A stretch of 63,018 nt of DNA from Syntrophobacterales bacterium (lineage in GTDB: Bacteria; Desulfobacterota; Syntrophia; Syntrophales; UBA2210), in the NCBI GenBank assembly GCA_018433345.1, contig JAHDRK010000015.1:1-63018 (forward strand). Direction: 5' to 3'. The notes beneath the pieces are model-generated. The model searched no databases and was not told where the DNA came from. It saw only the letters and a list, made by a program, of their open reading frames with translations. The position numbers and the translations under genes are program-made. Below, in pieces: positions 40,865 through 49,800 of this stretch (position 1 is its first letter; each line of letters opens with the position of its first letter).

Positions 40865-41758
40865 TCATGTAAGGGCCTTTTCGATATCCATGAAAATCTT
40901 CCCTTTTCTGAAAATACGAACCGTTCCCGTTGATTCCGAAACGACAATGGCAATGGCGTCGGTAACGTTGGTGATACCCGCCGCAACGATATGTCTGCTG
41001 CCCAGTCCCTTGGGAAACTCCTTTCCGCTTTCCAACGCCACATTGAGATGCCTGCCGGCGGTTATAATAACGCCGTCGTCCCTAATCACAAAGGCACCGT
41101 CAAGGGCGGAAAATTCCTTTATGGTTTCTCTCAGTTCTTCGTCCATCACATTTCTTTCTTCTTCGGGATATCCCTTGAAGGGATTTATTATCATCTGCCT
41201 GGATAACTGAAGAACCCTTTCATGATCTCCTATAACGAAGATGGTTCCCACGGGCCGCCCTTCTCTTCCTTGGGCAGCCAACTCGAGCGCAATATTCAGC
41301 ACGGTGTCGAACACTTCCGGCTTCACCGCCTGAAAAAAGTCGGCGATATCGTCGGCGGCCAGAATTTCAAACTCACGGTCGACGTCGATGACAAAAACAC
41401 TGTCGATATATCCCAACCGCTGCATTCCAGTCAGACATATCAGTTTGTCGCCCTTGCCGAATTTGCCTTCCGCCATTCCCTTGATGATGGCTATTTTCAT
41501 TTGACTTACACGGGTGACATTTACATCGGGTATTGTTATTGTGCCATCGCAACCTGCCCGGTCGTCATCGAGCTCAGATTCAGACCGGCGACGACGAATG
41601 AGTACCATCCGGGAGGGAAAATCGATGGACGACGAAGAGAGCGTCCCTTCGGGTAAAAGGTCGCTGTTTACAAGAACCGCCTTTGCATCGATGCGCTCTT
41701 CCAGTCTTGCCGCAAAATCTATCATCTGTTCATTTAACTGTTCGTTCAACGATTCCAC
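40865..41758 (-). CDS. Diadenylate cyclase (DAC) domain protein with a soluble non-CdaA/non-DisA N-terminal domain
   Basis: The C-terminal ~140 aa aligns by eye to DAC domains: GTIFVIGD, LDGAFVI (DGA motif), LGSRHIVAAGITNVTDAIAIVVSESTGTVRIF. RHI replaces the canonical RHR. The N-terminal ~150 aa has no TM helices. Confidence 0.8.
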   Translation of the reverse strand: MESLNEQLNEQMIDFAARLEERIDAKAVLVNSDLLPEGTLSSSSIDFPSRMVLIRRRRSESELDDDRAGCDGTITIPDVNVTRVSQMKIAIIKGMAEGKFGKGDKLICLTGMQRLGYIDSVFVIDVDREFEILAADDIADFFQAVKPEVFDTVLNIALELAAQGREGRPVGTIFVIGDHERVLQLSRQMIINPFKGYPEEERNVMDEELRETIKEFSALDGAFVIRDDGVIITAGRHLNVALESGKEFPKGLGSRHIVAAGITNVTDAIAIVVSESTGTVRIFRKGKIFMDIEKALT

Positions 41759-41997
41759 GAAAAACCTCGTATTCTCCCAAGGCTCGTAAGGGTCGGTTGT
41801 TATTCAAAAATCAAGATAAACACCTGACAACGTAATGTCAAGAAACCCTTAGGAAAAGGATGATTATGCCATGGATCGGTCAACGCCGCTTATGAATGCC
41901 GTGGAAGCGGTGATCGGCGGTTGCATACGGCTGTATGTTGTTTATCTTCCATGGGATTCCACCTTTTTTCATCACCGGTATTTTTCTGGTATTTTTC

Positions 41998-42026
41998 TTG
42001 AACTATATCATTCAATGTAATATAAT
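41998..42026 (+). promoter_or_regulatory. Candidate sigma70-type promoter of rpoH
   Basis: TTGAAC (41998-42003), 17 nt spacer, TATAAT (42021-42026). It lies about 24 nt upstream of the rpoH ATG, with AAAGGA as SD. Confidence 0.5.
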
Positions 42027-42049
42027 TTTCGCTTTGAAAGGATTATATA

Positions 42050-42928
42050 ATGAATTTACCGACTGTTACCGAAACCTTAGATCTTTACATGGCCGAAATT
42101 CAAAAGTTCGACATCCTCGACCCGGAAGAGGAGTTCAAGCTTGCCGTCCGGTTCAAAAAATACGGCGACATGGAAGCGGCCGAACGCCTTGTCACTTCCA
42201 ACCTCCGATTTGTCGTAAAAATCGCCCATGAATATAAAAATTACAGGGTGCGACTTCTCGATCTTATTCAGGAGGGCAATATCGGGCTTATGCACGCGGT
42301 GAAGAAATTCGATCCCTACAAAGGGTACCGGCTTATTTCGTATGCCGTGTGGTGGATACGTGCGTACATGCAAAATTACATCATTAGGAGTTGGAGCCTG
42401 GTCAAGATCGGTACCACCCAAACTCAACGAAAACTTTTCTTTAAGCTCAATCAAGTAAAGAGGAACCTGGAACAGCTTTCCCTGGACCATCCCGAGTTTC
42501 GCGAAGCCGCAGAACTTTTGAATGTCAAGGAATCGGAAGTCTTGGAAATGGAACAGCGTATCTCCAACCGCGACCTTTCTTTGGACGCCACCCTAAACGA
42601 TGACGGAGTATCACTTTTCATAGACCAGCTCGTGGACGAAGGTATGAACCAAGAGGAACAGCTTATCAAGGCTGAGCAGCGGGCCTTGGTAAGAAGAAAT
42701 ATCGCAGGTGCCCTTGCGAAACTCAACGAAAGGGAAAGCTACATCATTCGCAATCGCATAATGACCGACGAACCGAAGACCCTTCAGGAGATCGGCGACA
42801 CCTTCAATATAACCCGCGAACGGGCCCGCCAAATAGAAAAAGAAGCCCTGAAGAAAGTCAGGCTCGCGCTTCCCTATTTCGATGAGGATTCTCCTTCGGC
42901 ATCCGGCGAATTAGCCCTTCAGTCTTGA
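42050..42928 (+). CDS. rpoH: RNA polymerase sigma-32 (heat-shock sigma factor)
   Basis: Region 2 LIQEGNIGLMHAVKKFD and YAVWWIRA, plus the RpoH box QTQRKLFFKL. 292 aa. Confidence 0.93.
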   Translation: MNLPTVTETLDLYMAEIQKFDILDPEEEFKLAVRFKKYGDMEAAERLVTSNLRFVVKIAHEYKNYRVRLLDLIQEGNIGLMHAVKKFDPYKGYRLISYAVWWIRAYMQNYIIRSWSLVKIGTTQTQRKLFFKLNQVKRNLEQLSLDHPEFREAAELLNVKESEVLEMEQRISNRDLSLDATLNDDGVSLFIDQLVDEGMNQEEQLIKAEQRALVRRNIAGALAKLNERESYIIRNRIMTDEPKTLQEIGDTFNITRERARQIEKEALKKVRLALPYFDEDSPSASGELALQS

Positions 42929-42987
42929 ATAAAAAACCGATGGAAAACCGGCTATATACTCTTCCACTATTCTGACGGCGAAAGAAA

Positions 42988-44367
42988 TCACACCTCGTCG
43001 TACACCCAGGCAGGATTTTCGAAGCGAGTGTATTCCTTGAGAAAGGTCAGTTTTATCTTTCCCGTCGGGCCGTTTCTTTGTTTGCCCACATCTATTTCCG
43101 CGAATCCCCGTTCCGGGTTGTCCTCCGACTTGTTGTACACTTCGTCCCGGTAGATGAATATTATCACGTCGGCATCTTGTTCTATCGCACCTGACTCACG
43201 AAGATCCGCGAGATGGGGGCGCCGGTCGGATCGAAGCTCCACCTGGCGGTTAAGCTGCGAAAGAGCTACGACGGGAACGTCGAGTTCCTTGGCGAGGGCT
43301 TTGAGCGATCGGCTTATCTCGGATATTTCCTGTTCCCGCGGCAGGGTGCTGTCGCGGCCCCGCATAAGCTGGAGATAGTCGAGAACGATCATGCCCAGGT
43401 CGTTTTCGGCCTTGAGTCTCCGGGCCTTTGCCTTCATCTCTAGAACCGATATGGACGGTGTATCATCGATGTAGAGAGGCGCCTCGGAAAGTCTGCCGGC
43501 CGCCATGGTCAATTTAGGCCAATCCATTTCGCCCAAAAAACCCTTCCTGAGGCGCTGGGCATCCACTCTGGATTCAGAGGCAAGCATACGAAAGGCAAGT
43601 TGTTCCTTGGACATTTCAAGCGAAAACACGGCAACCGGGATCTTTTGTTCTATTGCCGCGTACTGGGCTATGTTGAGGGCGAATGCCGTCTTCCCCATGC
43701 TGGGTCGAGCCGCTATGATTATAAGGTCCGATTTCTGAAAACCCGAGGTCAGTTCATCCAGCTTTCCGTATCCCGTTGAAACGCCCGTAATGAGCGCCTT
43801 CCTTTCAAAGAGAGATTCGAGGGTCTTGAAGCTGTCCTTGATTATCTCTTTCATCGGGTAGAAGCTGGGTTTGACCTTGTGTTCAGAGATTTCGAATACG
43901 GCATGCTCGGCCTGATCAAGAACGTTTTCCACCTCCGCACCCGGATCGTAACTCCTGTCAAGGATTTCCGTCGCCGCCCCTATAAGCCTTCTGAGAATCG
44001 CCTTTTCCTTTACTATCTTGGCATAATAGATAATATTGGCCGCTGACGGGACTCTGTCAACAAGCGCGGCTAAGTAGACCTCGCCGCCGATGGCGTCTAG
44101 TTCCTTTTTGTCATGGAGAATGTTGCTCAGTGTTACCAGGTCAAAGGGTTCGTTTCGTTCCGAGAGATCGAGGATTGCGGAGAATATCTTGCGGTGCGCT
44201 TCGCTGTAAAAATCATCGGGGCCGAGAACCTCGATCACCCCATTCAGGGCGTTGTTTTCAAGAAGAATACCGCCCAAAATAGATTGTTCTGCATCGAGAT
44301 TCTGGGGAGGAATTTTGTGGAGTGAATAGTCGATATCTCTTTTCATAGCTTCATTATTCAAACTCAT
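42988..44367 (-). CDS. dnaB: Replicative DNA helicase
   Basis: PPQNLDAEQSILGG, Walker A ARPSMGKTAFALN, and LDYLQLM. The ATG at 44367 is preferred (GGAAGGTG upstream); the track ORF extends to 44439. Confidence 0.95.
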   Translation of the reverse strand: MSLNNEAMKRDIDYSLHKIPPQNLDAEQSILGGILLENNALNGVIEVLGPDDFYSEAHRKIFSAILDLSERNEPFDLVTLSNILHDKKELDAIGGEVYLAALVDRVPSAANIIYYAKIVKEKAILRRLIGAATEILDRSYDPGAEVENVLDQAEHAVFEISEHKVKPSFYPMKEIIKDSFKTLESLFERKALITGVSTGYGKLDELTSGFQKSDLIIIAARPSMGKTAFALNIAQYAAIEQKIPVAVFSLEMSKEQLAFRMLASESRVDAQRLRKGFLGEMDWPKLTMAAGRLSEAPLYIDDTPSISVLEMKAKARRLKAENDLGMIVLDYLQLMRGRDSTLPREQEISEISRSLKALAKELDVPVVALSQLNRQVELRSDRRPHLADLRESGAIEQDADVIIFIYRDEVYNKSEDNPERGFAEIDVGKQRNGPTGKIKLTFLKEYTRFENPAWVYDEV

Positions 44368-44451
44368 TGCACCTTCCGCAGTGGTGCCGAACCTTGATGA
44401 ACTTCTCATAAGCGGTTCATCATAAAACAAAAACATCATGCCCTTGTGTGG

Positions 44452-44898
44452 CTATTCTTCTGCAATCACCCTCACAGTCAATACCCCAAAAACATCCCGG
44501 AGAAACTTTACCTTTATCTTGTATTCCCCCAGTTCTCTCAAAGGGTCTTCAAGGAGAATGTTCTTTTTGTCCACCTTTATACCCTGATCCGCCAGGGCTT
44601 CCTCGATATCACGAGCTGTCACCGAACCAAAAAGTTTGTTTTGATCTCCTACCTTACGAGCAATATCAACGCTCATTGCTCCAACACGTTCCGCTTCGGC
44701 CTCCGCCCTTGCCTTTTCCTTGGCCGATCGATTTTCCAACATGCCTTTTTTCTGTTCCAGTATCTTAAGATTGCCCTTATTCGCCTCTAGGGCGATATTC
44801 TTGGGAATCAAGTAGTTACGGGCATATCCGGCCGACACGGTTACCACGTCTCCCGCCTTTCCTAGAGATGCCACATCCTCCATAAGAATAACTTTCAT
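44452..44898 (-). CDS. rplI: 50S ribosomal protein L9
   Basis: MKVILMEDVASLGKAGDVVTVSAGYARNYLIP; 148 aa. Confidence 0.96.
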   Translation of the reverse strand: MKVILMEDVASLGKAGDVVTVSAGYARNYLIPKNIALEANKGNLKILEQKKGMLENRSAKEKARAEAEAERVGAMSVDIARKVGDQNKLFGSVTARDIEEALADQGIKVDKKNILLEDPLRELGEYKIKVKFLRDVFGVLTVRVIAEE

Positions 44899-45265
44899 AT
44901 TTAATCTCCCATGCTTTTTATTAAAGCAAGTATGACCGTTTCAGTACATCATGAATACCACTTCACCGCTTCTTCCATCATCCCATGGTCGGCGGCAGTG
45001 ATAAACAATCTTTTTCGCGGATCTGGCTGACCAAGGGAAACTTAGCGTTATCATTGTATGAATCTCCTGCCGCCTGTGAAGGGAAGACAAACCTTTTGTC
45101 AAACAAACTATCCCACAGTGATTTTAGAATCAAGGGCTTTTGATAATGGAGTCACATAAACCACAAAGAATGGGAGCGGGCGCAAAAACATCATGACAGT
45201 CACAGCCCTTTATTCTTCCGGCGGTGACTGCGATTATCAAGCCATGTCCACTGCCTGGATTTTCT

Positions 45266-45544
45266 TTATCCTTCCTTGACGACAAACGGCAAGAGGGCCA
45301 GATTCCTTGCCCTTTTAATTGCGATGGTCAATTCCCTCTGGTGTTTCGCGCAGGTACCCGATATCCGTCTCGGCAATATTTTGCCGCGTTCGGTAATATA
45401 GCTTTTAAGATGTTCGGGGACCTTGTAATCGATCTTGATTGTCGAATCGCCACAAAAACGGCATGTTTTCCGCTTGTGATAGAATTTTCTTCTTCCCCCG
45501 CGGGAAGATGATCCCCCCTGTCGCCTCGGTTCAGAATTACTCAT
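45266..45544 (-). CDS. rpsR: 30S ribosomal protein S18
   Basis: [45 protein letters not shown] overlap with rpsF. Confidence 0.96.
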   Translation of the reverse strand: MSNSEPRRQGGSSSRGGRRKFYHKRKTCRFCGDSTIKIDYKVPEHLKSYITERGKILPRRISGTCAKHQRELTIAIKRARNLALLPFVVKEG

Positions 45545-46047
45545 TGCTCACTCTCCTTCTCAATGTATCCTTCCTCGGCTTCTTCAGGAGATACCTGCAT
45601 CGCGTCATCCGGGGGCGGTACATCTCGGGGCTTGTCTTCTTCTTTTGGAGATACTTCCGTCTCGGAACTCTCTCTATCAGCGGCTTCAGCTGCAGCCTGC
45701 TTCTGCGCCTCGGCCTTCCTTATTGCTGATATTTCCTCTTCCAGCTTTGCGAGATCGGGGCTATCGTCAGTCTTGACCGACAGATAGCGCAGGATCTTGT
45801 CATCGATCCTCATCCGCCGCTCCATTTCAGGAACTATCGCGCTGTCACCAGCAAAATCGATCAGGAAATAGTAACCTTCGCGACGCTTCTGAATGAGATA
45901 GGCAAGCTTGCGCTTTCCCCACCTTTCGACCTTGACAACGGTTCCCTTGTATTCGTTAATGATTGATAGATAACGTTCGAGTTGATTTTCAAGTTCCTCG
46001 GCGGACATGTCGTCGAACGCGACATATACAACTTCATATCTTCTCAA
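45541..46047 (-). CDS. rpsF: 30S ribosomal protein S6 (with a long acidic C-terminal extension)
   Basis: MRRYEVVYV.., [13 protein letters not shown] start with AGGAGG 7 nt upstream. The C-terminal ~70 aa is rich in Glu/Asp/Pro. Confidence 0.93.
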   Translation of the reverse strand: MRRYEVVYVAFDDMSAEELENQLERYLSIINEYKGTVVKVERWGKRKLAYLIQKRREGYYFLIDFAGDSAIVPEMERRMRIDDKILRYLSVKTDDSPDLAKLEEEISAIRKAEAQKQAAAEAADRESSETEVSPKEEDKPRDVPPPDDAMQVSPEEAEEGYIEKESEQ

Positions 46048-46048
46048 T

Positions 46049-46120
46049 GCTCAACCTCCTCTCGGCTCTAAAACCCCTGACTCACGGGCCAGGGGAAGGA
46101 GTCCCGCTTCCTGAAGTGCG
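46049..46120 (-). promoter_or_regulatory. Structured rpsF leader with two mutually exclusive hairpins (attenuator-like)
   Basis: The minus strand reads CAGGAAG-cgggactc-CTTCCCCTG-gcccgtgagt-CAGGGG-UUUU-agagccgAGAGGAGG..TTG. The CCCCTG segment can pair either upstream or downstream; the downstream hairpin is followed by U4, just before the SD. Confidence 0.3.
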
Positions 46121-46234
46121 GTTTACTATACTATGGGGGCCGTAAAATCAAGCGTTTTTTACAGAAGTTTCCTCTTCACAAGAAACGCCTCAGATATAAG
46201 TCGCCCCCGGACCAGCCCCCGGTATTGCAAACCC

Positions 46235-46558
46235 TCATTCGGATTGTTTGGCTATCCTCCTCGACTTCTTTTTAAGGCGACTAATTTTCCTGCGGAGTCT
46301 TTTCACGGCGGCCAAGTCTTTCTTGCCTCTAAATGATTCCCTCTCTTCTTTGAGACTCTGGATTTGCCTCTTGATTTCGCCGATGGTTTCAATTACTTTA
46401 TCTTTAGGTTTAACAGCAGTGATGCCACGGGCGACCCTAATGGCATTCAGAAGCTCTTCCTTTTTCATTGCCGTGATACCCTGGAGCCCCTCGATCCCTT
46501 GTGCGATCTCCCGCAATTCCTTGACGGTACACTTGTGCAACGGTTTTTCCTCGGGCAT
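46235..46558 (-). CDS. Small basic protein with a Rho-N/SAP-like helix-hairpin N-terminus
   Basis: CTVKELREIAQGIEGLQGITAMKKEELLNAI resembles the Rho N-terminal/SAP motif. The C-terminus is Lys/Arg-rich (RLRRKISRLKKKSRRIAK). Confidence 0.6.
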   Translation of the reverse strand: MPEEKPLHKCTVKELREIAQGIEGLQGITAMKKEELLNAIRVARGITAVKPKDKVIETIGEIKRQIQSLKEERESFRGKKDLAAVKRLRRKISRLKKKSRRIAKQSE

Positions 46559-46898
46559 GAACGTCTCCTTTCGTCATGGCTATAAAAAATAGAAAAAAAC
46601 ACCAAAGGTAAAATGTAGTGTATATATCGGAGCCTATATCATGAAACCATTAAAAGCAAATTTTCTTACAACATCTTCACAAAGTCGGGAATGGTCCTCT
46701 TCATCAACCTTGTTGCGGGAGGTCAAAAAATGGACTTGGGCTTTTGACAGCGAGAGAAATCAAAGGACCTTGAAAAGCGGATACTCTTCGCTCCGCGCAG
46801 GTTCTAGAAGTAAACGAGAAATTTTCATTAGGGACTAAACGCCCCGGAATTCAAAGAAAGACCTTTTTCGACGGAATTGATCCACAAAAGGCGTCACC

Positions 46899-49800
46899 AT
46901 GAACAAAAAGATGAAAGACTTCAGGCGCCGCCTGGAGGAGCTTCTTCCCGAGGATCGGATAAAACTTCAGAAAAGCTTGATCAACCTTGGGATGGAAAAT
47001 AAAAAAGGCGCCGATCCGCGTCAAATTAACGACCGATCAGCGGTCCTGGAAAAGCGCTTCCTCCGTGCAGAAGAAAGGAAGAAAAGGCGTATCAACGAAC
47101 GTCCCCGCGTCACCTATCCCGGCGATCTGCCCATACTTGAGAGAAAAGAGGCGATAATAGAGGGGCTGCGTCGTAACCAGGTGTTGGTGGTTACGGGGGA
47201 GACAGGTTCCGGCAAAACCACGCAGCTTCCCAAAATGTGCCTTGAAGCGGGACGGGGCATCAATGGGGTCATAGGCTGCACACAACCTAGAAGAATCGCT
47301 GCGATTTCCATAGCGAACCGGGTGGCGGAAGAACTGGGGGAAGAGGCGGGACATTCCGTGGGGTACAAGATCCGTTTCGAAGACAGGACGAGCCGCCGGG
47401 GATATATCAAATTCATGACCGACGGGATACTGCTCATGGAAGCACAGTCCGATCCCTCACTCAGAAGCTATGACACGCTTATTGTCGACGAGGCTCACGA
47501 AAGAAGCATCAACATCGATTTCATCCTGGGATATCTTAAAAGGTTGATGGCCTGGCGGAGGGATTTAAAGGTCATCATAACCTCGGCCACGATCGATTCT
47601 GAAAAATTCTCACGTGTCTTCGACAACGCCCCTGTCATCAAAGTATCGGGACGGACATGGCCCGTGGAGATTCATTACCGACCCTCCGAAACCGCAATTG
47701 ACGACGATAATTTCCCGAATCACATAGAGGCTGCGGTGGCCGCCGTGAAGGAGTTGAAAAAAGACTGGCACGGGGGACACACGCTGATATTCATGCCGAC
47801 GGAACAGGATATCCGCGACACCTGTGAAATACTCAAAGGGTGCAACTTTTCAAACACCGTCATTCTGCCTCTGTACGCCAGACTGTCGGAGGCCGGCCAA
47901 AAGAAAATATTTCAACCTTTGCGGATGGACAAAATTATAGTGGCCACCAATGTGGCCGAAACATCTATCACCGTACCGGGCATACGTTTTGTAATCGACT
48001 CCGGTCTTGCGAGGATTTCAGAATACCGTCCCCAGACTCGCACCACGGGACTGCCCGTAAAGGCTATAGCGAAAAGCAGCGCGGCACAGAGGGCGGGCCG
48101 TGCGGGAAGACTCGAAAAAGGCCTCTGCATCAGGTTGTATTCAGGGGAAGATTACGAAGGACGACCGGACTTCACGCCGCCCGAAATACTGCGAACAAAT
48201 CTCGCCGAAGTCATTCTCAGGATGCTCCATCTGAATATAGGCGACATCGCTTCCTTCCCCTTTATCGACAAACCTCGTCCAAAGAGTATCCGCGACGGAT
48301 ACGACATTCTTCTTGAACTTGGAGCCGTAAGACCGGGAAAAACAGGCTACCGGTTAACGGAACAGGGCCGAAGAATGGCCTCCCTTCCCCTTGATCCCCG
48401 CATCGCCCGGATTTTGTTGGAAGCTCGAAAAAATCGCTGTCTCAGGGAAATATTGGTCATTGCCGCCGCCCTATCGATTCAGGATCCCCGCGAGCGGCCT
48501 TCCGAGAAGGAAAGGGAGGCTGACCGGGCACACAAGACCTTCGTCAACCCTTCCTCCGACTTCATAACCCTTATCAATATATGGGACGCCTTTCACCGCT
48601 CGTACCGCGGCTCTTCGGAAAGCGTAAGGCGCGCCTTTTGCCGCGAACATTTCCTCTCGCTCAGACGCATAAGAGAATGGAAGAGTGTTCATGACGAATT
48701 GGAAGGAATTCTTCAAGATTCGGGTCTCATGCCAAATGACACGTACGGTGAACCCTTGCGCGGCGAAGCCCTCTATGAGGCCGTTCACAAGTGCATCCTT
48801 GCCGGATACATATCTCAAATCGCCGTCAAAAAAGACAAAAACCTGTATCGTTTCGCCAAAGGTGGAGAAGCCATGGTGTTTCCCGGTTCCGGCCTTTTCA
48901 ACGGAGACGCCTCATGGATTGTCTCTGCGGAAATGATCGAAACATCCCGTGTCTTTGCGCGGATGAACGGAAAGATCAAAAGCGATTGGCTGGAAGAGGT
49001 GGGAGGATCCTCGTGCGTAAGATCCTGGTGCGAGCCGCGATGGGATACTGACCGCGGCGAGGTGGTTGCCACGGAACAGGTCTCTCTCTTCGGTCTTGTC
49101 ATCGTGCAGGGAAGAACGATTTCTTACGGTCACGTGAAACCCGATGAGGCCGCGGAAATCTTCATCAGGGAGGCCATACTAGGGGAAAAGCTCTTCCCGG
49201 CCCCGCCGTTTCTAAAACACAACCATGAACTTATCGATCGCATATTAACGATGGAAAACAAGATAAGGAAACGGACCATACTCGTAGACGAAGAAGACCT
49301 TGTGCTTTTTTACCGGGAACGCCTGGGAACGGTCTACGACAGCCGGACCCTTAGGTCTATGCTGCGGGATAAAAACTTCGACGAATCGCTGCGCATGAAA
49401 GAAAAAGATATACGCAGGTGGTTCCCCGAGGAAGATCTCCTTGACTATCCCGATGAAGTAAGCCTCGGCGGCGCCCGATTTTCCCTCACCTACCGGTTTA
49501 ACCCCGGATCAAACGATGACGGCATAACCCTGAATATTCCTCCTCACCTCCTCAAGGCGGCCGCGGCCGAATCTCCGGACTGGAAAATCCCCGGACTGCT
49601 TCGGGAAAAAGTCCAGGCCCTCATCAAGGCCCTACCCAAAGAATATCGCAGGCGACTGATCCCCATAGGCCGGGCGGTGGATATTGCCGTGGAGGAACTA
49701 GGCGAAAGGAAGGACAAGAATGATGCCTCTATCCTCAAGACCCTGTCCTCCGTGTTGCAGAAACGATTCGGGGTATGCGTGCCCGCCATGGCGTGGCCGG

